A program made the position numbers and the translations under genes. From Turneriella sp. (GTDB taxonomy: Bacteria; Spirochaetota; Leptospiria; Turneriellales; Turneriellaceae): a stretch of DNA of 64,000 nt. This document shows positions 59,009-64,000 of the stretch, piece after piece. Where the stretch lies: the NCBI GenBank assembly GCA_965279515.1, contig CBDIID010000003.1, positions 3,904,001 to 3,968,000 on the forward strand, read 5' to 3'. Every line of letters starts with the position of its first letter. The first letter of the stretch is position 1. The notes under the pieces are model-generated. The model searched no databases and was not told where the DNA came from. It saw nothing but the letters and a program-made list of their open reading frames with translations.

Positions 59009-59091
59009 CGCGGCGTCCCAATTTCGTGCAATGCACCAGCGCACTGCGTGAGAGCCGGGCTTTCTCATGTGCAACGCGCAAAAGGATTGTT

Positions 59092-59706
59092 ATGAAAATA
59101 ATTAAACGTTATGCGAACCGCCGGCTCTATGATCCTGAAACATCGCGTACCATCACCCTCGACGAAGTGGCGCAGTACGTGCGCGACGGTATCGATATCA
59201 AGGTGATCGACAATACCAATGGCGAAGACATTACCCGCAAAGTCCTGGGCCAAACCTTCCTTAAACTCAATGATAATGACAGAGTCGGTAATCCCGTTCT
59301 GCAAAACCAGATGCTGAAGCTACTCATCCGCGAAAGCAAAGGCGGAGTGCTCGAAGTTCTGAAAAAACTCGTACTTGCCGGCGTCGGCATGACACAGAGC
59401 ACTTCAGACGAACGCAAAACACTGCTCGAAATGATGCTCAACCCCTCTGAGGCGCATGAGCAGGAACAACGTGCTTTCCTGAAAGGCCTTGCCGATAAGG
59501 GCCAGCAAGAGGCCGACCGCGTGATGCAGAGCATCTCTGGCCTTGTGACCAACATCTCGCAATCGATCCAGGATAACATGGTCTCTGTGCTCGACCCCAA
59601 TGAGCGCGCACGCAAGCTCGACGGTCTTTTGGGCCAGATCGAGACGATTCAAAAATCGATCAGTAAATTCAGCAAAACAGAAAAGAACGGCTCGAAAGCC
59701 GGCTAA
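59092..59706 (+). CDS. PhaR-like N-terminal DNA-binding domain protein
   Basis: IIKRYANRRLYD..SRTITLDEV..V..G....VIDN..GEDITR.VL.Q. Confidence 0.85.
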   Translation: MKIIKRYANRRLYDPETSRTITLDEVAQYVRDGIDIKVIDNTNGEDITRKVLGQTFLKLNDNDRVGNPVLQNQMLKLLIRESKGGVLEVLKKLVLAGVGMTQSTSDERKTLLEMMLNPSEAHEQEQRAFLKGLADKGQQEADRVMQSISGLVTNISQSIQDNMVSVLDPNERARKLDGLLGQIETIQKSISKFSKTEKNGSKAG

Positions 59707-59714
59707 GTTCTACT

Positions 59715-60470
59715 ATGTCGGTGCTGATGCGCCCACCCCGCCGCAGCTTTGTGCGGCGGCTCATTCTACCGGTTCTGACGCTCGGTGCACTCACCGGTGT
59801 CATTATTTTCCTCGTCTACCGCTTCGGCGATACCCCTGTCGAAAAAGCCGAAAAGCTGTTTGCAAAACGCGATCTCGGGGGATTACATTCTTATACGCGT
59901 AAAAAGCTCGAAAAGGGCGAAGTCAATCCGCTGCTTTATTCGTACTTTGCCGTCGCCGAATTCAGCACTAACCCCAAGGCAACACTGGCTGGCGTGCTGA
60001 GCAATATTAAAGCGGTGGATGATCGCCCGGTTTTCCGGCGCGAGGCTTTGCACCGCATTCTGCAAATACCCGCTAACCTCGAACGCGCCGGCGAAATTCT
60101 CGCTGAGGCCCTGAAGCTCGAGCAACCGCCCGGCGATGAGATGAAGATCCTTGTCCGTAACGTGGTGGCGTCTGAAGCACCGCTTTCAGGTGACAGCGGT
60201 CTTTTTGCGGTGCTTAAGGGTATATTCCCGGGGGATATCCGCCGGGTGAAAGCCAGGGAGCTACAGTGGCGCAAGTCGCCTTCAACGGAAGGCGCCGTCA
60301 TACGCCGCCTGACCGACAAAGAAGAGCTTTTGCTGCGCCAGGTGGGGCATGCGACGACCGTCTCGGGTAAAAAGGGGACCTGGGTTTTCGTTTTGGATGC
60401 CGAGATGAACTCTGGTTGGGTTTTTGATGCCTACCTTGAAAAAGTGCCAATTACCGAATCGGCAGAATAG
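59715..60470 (+). CDS. Membrane-anchored protein with C-terminal bacterial SH3 domain
   Basis: N-terminal TM; R.SPST.G.VI..L, W....GWVFDAYL. Confidence 0.75.
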   Translation: MSVLMRPPRRSFVRRLILPVLTLGALTGVIIFLVYRFGDTPVEKAEKLFAKRDLGGLHSYTRKKLEKGEVNPLLYSYFAVAEFSTNPKATLAGVLSNIKAVDDRPVFRREALHRILQIPANLERAGEILAEALKLEQPPGDEMKILVRNVVASEAPLSGDSGLFAVLKGIFPGDIRRVKARELQWRKSPSTEGAVIRRLTDKEELLLRQVGHATTVSGKKGTWVFVLDAEMNSGWVFDAYLEKVPITESAE

Positions 60471-60556
60471 CCTATTTTTTGCGCGGCGCACAATGTACCC
60501 GCCGCATTGGATTTTTTTGCTTGCCGCCTGTTATGGAAGGCAATGATTACACTATT

Positions 60557-61360
60557 ATGCATCCCATGACCCGCCTTTTGCATGAGCGCAAAAAGCAAAA
60601 GGGGTACCTTTTCATTCCGTATATTGCCTACGGCGACCCAGACGCTAAAATCACATTTGAAATTATCTGCAAAATGGTCGAGGGCGGCGCTGCGACGGTT
60701 GAAATTGGCCTGCCCTTCACCGACCCGGTCGCTGACGGGCCGGCGCTCGAGCGTGCGTTCAGGCGATCCCTGAAGCATGAATTCAAAATGACGGATGTAC
60801 TCTCGATGCTGGGTAAGTTGCACCGCAAATACCCTAAATTCCCTTTCACGATTATGGGCTATGCCAATATCTTTTACCAGGCGGGCTTCAAGACGCTGCT
60901 CGAGAAATTTTACGACCTCGGTGTCCAGGCCGTTATTATTCCCGACATCCCCTTTGATGAAAAAAAGTATATCATCGAGAAAGAAGGCCTCGCCGATGCG
61001 CTGACGCGCGTCGCGTGGATCGATTTTATCACACCGACGACGACAGTGAAGCGCATGCAGGAGATCACGCGCGACGCGAACGGTTTTGTCTACCTGGTCT
61101 CATATAAAGGCGTCACGGGGCAAAAGAATTTTACGCTGAAACCCTTGAAGCCGCTCATCAAGTCGATACGCAAGGCAACGCGCGTGCCCCTCGTCGTGGG
61201 TTTTGGTATCAAAGATAAAATCCATGCCAGCGAGGCGGTGCGCCTCACCGACGGGTTTATCATGGGTACGGTTTTTCACGAAATGATCGAGCACAATATC
61301 GAACGCGCGCCGGCGATACCGCATGAAATCGGCTGGGCGTTGCCGAATATGTTACCCTGA
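60557..61360 (+). CDS. trpA: Tryptophan synthase alpha subunit
   Basis: EIGLPFTDPVADGP, MGYAN, IIPDIP, FVYLVS..GVTG, VGFGI. Confidence 0.95.
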   Translation: MHPMTRLLHERKKQKGYLFIPYIAYGDPDAKITFEIICKMVEGGAATVEIGLPFTDPVADGPALERAFRRSLKHEFKMTDVLSMLGKLHRKYPKFPFTIMGYANIFYQAGFKTLLEKFYDLGVQAVIIPDIPFDEKKYIIEKEGLADALTRVAWIDFITPTTTVKRMQEITRDANGFVYLVSYKGVTGQKNFTLKPLKPLIKSIRKATRVPLVVGFGIKDKIHASEAVRLTDGFIMGTVFHEMIEHNIERAPAIPHEIGWALPNMLP

Positions 61361-62014
61361 ATAGCCGATTGCCTTTTCTTTAACTTCGCCTGTCTTATGC
61401 CGGCGTAATAACCATTCGACAAAGGCCAGGTTGATGAGCCATGCCACGGCCATCGCCGCATCGCGCGTGTAACCTGTAGGTAGGCTACCACCGCCGGCAA
61501 TGATCCACGGCAAATGTGTAAATACCTGTGTGCCCGCTCCCATACCGAGAGCATACGCGCGCATCATCCACGCGCCGTGTTCGGCGAAGCGCCGCCGCAA
61601 GATCGCGCGCACGGCGAGCACAATGCTCAAAAACATGGCGCTGCCGACCACCATGCGCACTGAAAAGAGCGTCGGGCCGTCGCTCTCAAGGTGGGGAAAA
61701 ACTATGGCGAGGTAGAGGCCCGTCAATGCCGCGGCGGCGCCGGCAACGATGACGGGGCGGCCGGCATTGCGGTGCCAGCGCGGGTATGCCGCGCGAAAGC
61801 CCGGTGAGAATTGCAGGGCGCCGAAAACGCCAAAGAAAAACGAACCCACAATGTGGATCGTTACAGCGATGGGCGCGGTGAAAAAGCGCGCATTTTCAGC
61901 CGTGACGGGACCGCCCTGCGCGAGGCCAGCGAGGCGAAAGACCCCGGCGATCGATGGCACGAGGGTGAGCAGAATGAGGCCTAAGGGAATCAGCCAGTCG
62001 GATTTCTTTTTCAT
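61352..62014 (-). CDS. DUF2306-like membrane protein
   Basis: Six TMs with HI, WHRNAGR and HGAWMMRAYA motifs. Confidence 0.8.
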   Translation of the reverse strand: MKKKSDWLIPLGLILLTLVPSIAGVFRLAGLAQGGPVTAENARFFTAPIAVTIHIVGSFFFGVFGALQFSPGFRAAYPRWHRNAGRPVIVAGAAAALTGLYLAIVFPHLESDGPTLFSVRMVVGSAMFLSIVLAVRAILRRRFAEHGAWMMRAYALGMGAGTQVFTHLPWIIAGGGSLPTGYTRDAAMAVAWLINLAFVEWLLRRHKTGEVKEKAIGYSG

Positions 62015-62505
62015 AATTTACCTACTAAGATCGCAGAAGCATACAGCCCGAGGCCATAAACCGTGTGTATCGCCAGGTTGCGTAACCGCACCGCATGGGG
62101 TGCCGGCGCATGGTTTGCAGCGAGACCCAAACCCATTGCCGGCTGCATGATGAACCACGGCGCGAGCACTGTGGCGATGCCCACCGCCAGTGCTGGTAAG
62201 AATGAAGGCGATCTTAACCAGTCTGTGCCCCAGAGAAACGGTATGAGCGCCGCAAAGGCAATGCCGATGGCATAGTGGGATATCCAACCCAGTGCAACCT
62301 CGCCCCGGATCTTCGGGCTTTTGCCGATGGCGTCGTGAAAAAAACGGCCGCGGAGCAGGTGGCCTGCCCACCGGCCGAGCAGGCCGAGGTCGAGCGAAGT
62401 GACGCCGAACGCCCTCTGCAGGGAGAAGCGCCAGATATCCATGGCGGCTGTAGCGCCCGCGCCAATCACCAGCGTGCGCACCAGCACCTCATTAAAACTA
62501 TTCAT
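62011..62505 (-). CDS. DUF2938-like membrane protein
   Basis: GAGATAAMDIW, GRW, GWISHYAIG, PWFIMQPAMG, HTVYGLGLY. Confidence 0.82.
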   Translation of the reverse strand: MNSFNEVLVRTLVIGAGATAAMDIWRFSLQRAFGVTSLDLGLLGRWAGHLLRGRFFHDAIGKSPKIRGEVALGWISHYAIGIAFAALIPFLWGTDWLRSPSFLPALAVGIATVLAPWFIMQPAMGLGLAANHAPAPHAVRLRNLAIHTVYGLGLYASAILVGKL

Positions 62506-62531
62506 AAGACCTCCAATATTATCATTCTGTT

Positions 62532-62551
62532 ATTCAATATATTTATTGAAT
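62532..62551. promoter_or_regulatory. Candidate ArsR-family operator
   Basis: Perfect IR ATTCAATA-N4-TATTGAAT between divergent genes, one of which encodes an ArsR regulator. Confidence 0.65.
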
Positions 62552-62630
62552 GACAAAACGGCGAATATTTCTTACCCGCCTTGTATGCGCTGGTCCCAAA
62601 AATATTCGCCGCACTGTCCGGGCGGGTTGT

Positions 62631-63272
62631 ATGGTTAACCACGTGAGCGACATGGAGACGATCGCCCGCATGAGCGAGGTTGCGGGTACACTCGGCAACG
62701 ATTCGCGGCTGATTCTGATGTTGCTCATTGCCGCCGGCGAGAAGTCGGTCGAGACGTTGTCCGGGCTTTCGGGTATACCCGTGGCCAGCACGTCGCAGCA
62801 TCTGCAGGTCTTAAAAAAATCCAATATGGTGGCAACGCGGCGCGACGGTAAGCATGTGCTGTACCGCCTGCAAAATGGACCCATACGCGAATTCATCGAC
62901 GCGCTCGAGCGCTTTGCGGTCTTCCGCGGCCTAAAGACCGACGGTGATGCGGGGAGTGCCGATGGTATCACTGAAAAAGAATTACATAAGAAACTCAAAG
63001 CAGGAAAGACGGTGCTCATCGATGTGCGCTCGCGCGGGGAATACGATAAGGGACACATTACCGGTGCCCTGAGCATGCCCGTGGGCGAGCTGAAAAAACA
63101 GGCAGGTAAACTGTCCAAAGCGCGCGAGCTGGTGGTTTATTGCCGCGGCCCATACTGCCTGCTTTCTGTGAATGCGGTCGCGCTGCTCGCCGCGCAGGGA
63201 ATACCGGCGCTCCGCCTGGTTTCCGGTTACTCCGATTGGCGCGGTGACCGTACTGTGAGCCTGGGACGGTAG
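62631..63272 (+). CDS. ArsR-family regulator fused to a rhodanese domain
   Basis: RL.L..L..GEKSVE.L....ASTSQHLQVLK HTH; IDVR..EY..GHI.GA, YCRGPYC. Start could be 62652. Confidence 0.9.
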   Translation: MVNHVSDMETIARMSEVAGTLGNDSRLILMLLIAAGEKSVETLSGLSGIPVASTSQHLQVLKKSNMVATRRDGKHVLYRLQNGPIREFIDALERFAVFRGLKTDGDAGSADGITEKELHKKLKAGKTVLIDVRSRGEYDKGHITGALSMPVGELKKQAGKLSKARELVVYCRGPYCLLSVNAVALLAAQGIPALRLVSGYSDWRGDRTVSLGR

Positions 63273-63324
63273 CGTACGTGCCGCAACGGTCTCGACAGAA
63301 TGTCTCACCGCGCAACTGCGTGTT

Positions 63325-64000
63325 ATGGCCACCCAGCAGTTAAACCTGTCGAACCGCGCGATGGATCTCCACATCTTTCAGAACGGGGAATCCAAACAAC
63401 CGGCGATTATCTTTTTACCCGACCTCACCGGCGTCGCCGAATCTCAACTCGAAACCGCCCGGCTGCTCGCGCTCGAAGGTTTTCATGTCTTTGTGCCCGA
63501 ACTGTTCAGCCATGAGGGCGCGGCACGGTATTGCCTGCGTATTTTCTTTAACATGGCCTTCGTTACCAATGCCGCCGATAACCCGGGCGTGCTCGAAGTT
63601 TATGAAATCATCGACCAGGTCAAAAAACTGCCCTATGTGGATGCCTCGCGTATCGGCATCATCGGCCAGTGCCTGACCGGCGGTTTTGCGCTGCACTGTG
63701 CGTTGCGCGACGATATCCAGGCGCCCGTCGTATTCCATCACAGCTTTGGCCTGACGGGCAGCGGCATGCCCGAAGATTCGGCACGTGCCATCTGCAAGAA
63801 TGTGCAGGGGCACTATGTCAAAATCGATCCGTTCTGCCCAAAAGCCCGTGTCGATCAGCTCAAAGAACAGATGGGGGACTACCTCGATGTCAGCTACTAT
63901 GACTGGCTGCCTCACGGCATTCCGCACTTTTTTCGCCTGACCGACGAGGGTCGCCGGGCCTATATCAATATGGTCAGGTTTCTGAAGATGCAATTGGCGG
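63325..64000 (+). CDS. Dienelactone hydrolase family protein, runs off the window end
   Basis: Hand translation of the open frame from ATG 63325: PAIIFLPDLTG, GFHVFVPELF, RIGIIGQCLTGG nucleophile elbow, DPFCP, PHG. Confidence 0.85.
   Translation, partial: MATQQLNLSNRAMDLHIFQNGESKQPAIIFLPDLTGVAESQLETARLLALEGFHVFVPELFSHEGAARYCLRIFFNMAFVTNAADNPGVLEVYEIIDQVKKLPYVDASRIGIIGQCLTGGFALHCALRDDIQAPVVFHHSFGLTGSGMPEDSARAICKNVQGHYVKIDPFCPKARVDQLKEQMGDYLDVSYYDWLPHGIPHFFRLTDEGRRAYINMVRFLKMQLA

Noticed and set aside
59092..59706. A polyhydroxyalkanoate locus
   Set aside because: Only the PhaR-like DNA-binding domain is present; no phaABC or phasin genes nearby.
63415..63993. Minus-strand 192-aa ORF
   Set aside because: Antisense shadow of the plus-strand dienelactone hydrolase, which the track missed because it has no stop in the window.

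Overview
Bacterial chromosomal window, most consistent with a Leptospiraceae-type spirochaete (inferred from gene content, not verified). GC-richer housekeeping flanks (about 1-6 kb and 46-64 kb) enclose a visibly AT-richer, mosaic surface-polysaccharide region (about 6.0-46.1 kb). That region holds gmd/rmd, a sugar C-methyltransferase, Wzm/Wzt export, many glycosyl- and methyltransferases, an IS3-family (IS2-like) element, pckG and ugd. Two signals stand out. (1) A tightly coupled nine-gene block (18.5-26.15 kb) whose family make-up matches the GDP-octose arm of lincosamide biosynthesis, including a UDP-glucose-dehydrogenase homologue lacking its catalytic Cys. (2) A ~1.1-kb IS1595-like element with imperfect terminal inverted repeats, bounded by an 11-bp duplication of the 3' end of tRNA-Gln, which suggests a tRNA-targeting DDE transposon. 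The right flank has an acyl-CoA dehydrogenase, a VapBC pair, a diiron-protein/desaturase/START operon, an adenylate cyclase, a DUF3299-ABC-TetR operon, rpmI-rplT, trpA and an ArsR-rhodanese module. No rRNA or CRISPR array was seen. All family calls come from motif recognition by eye; no database searches were run.
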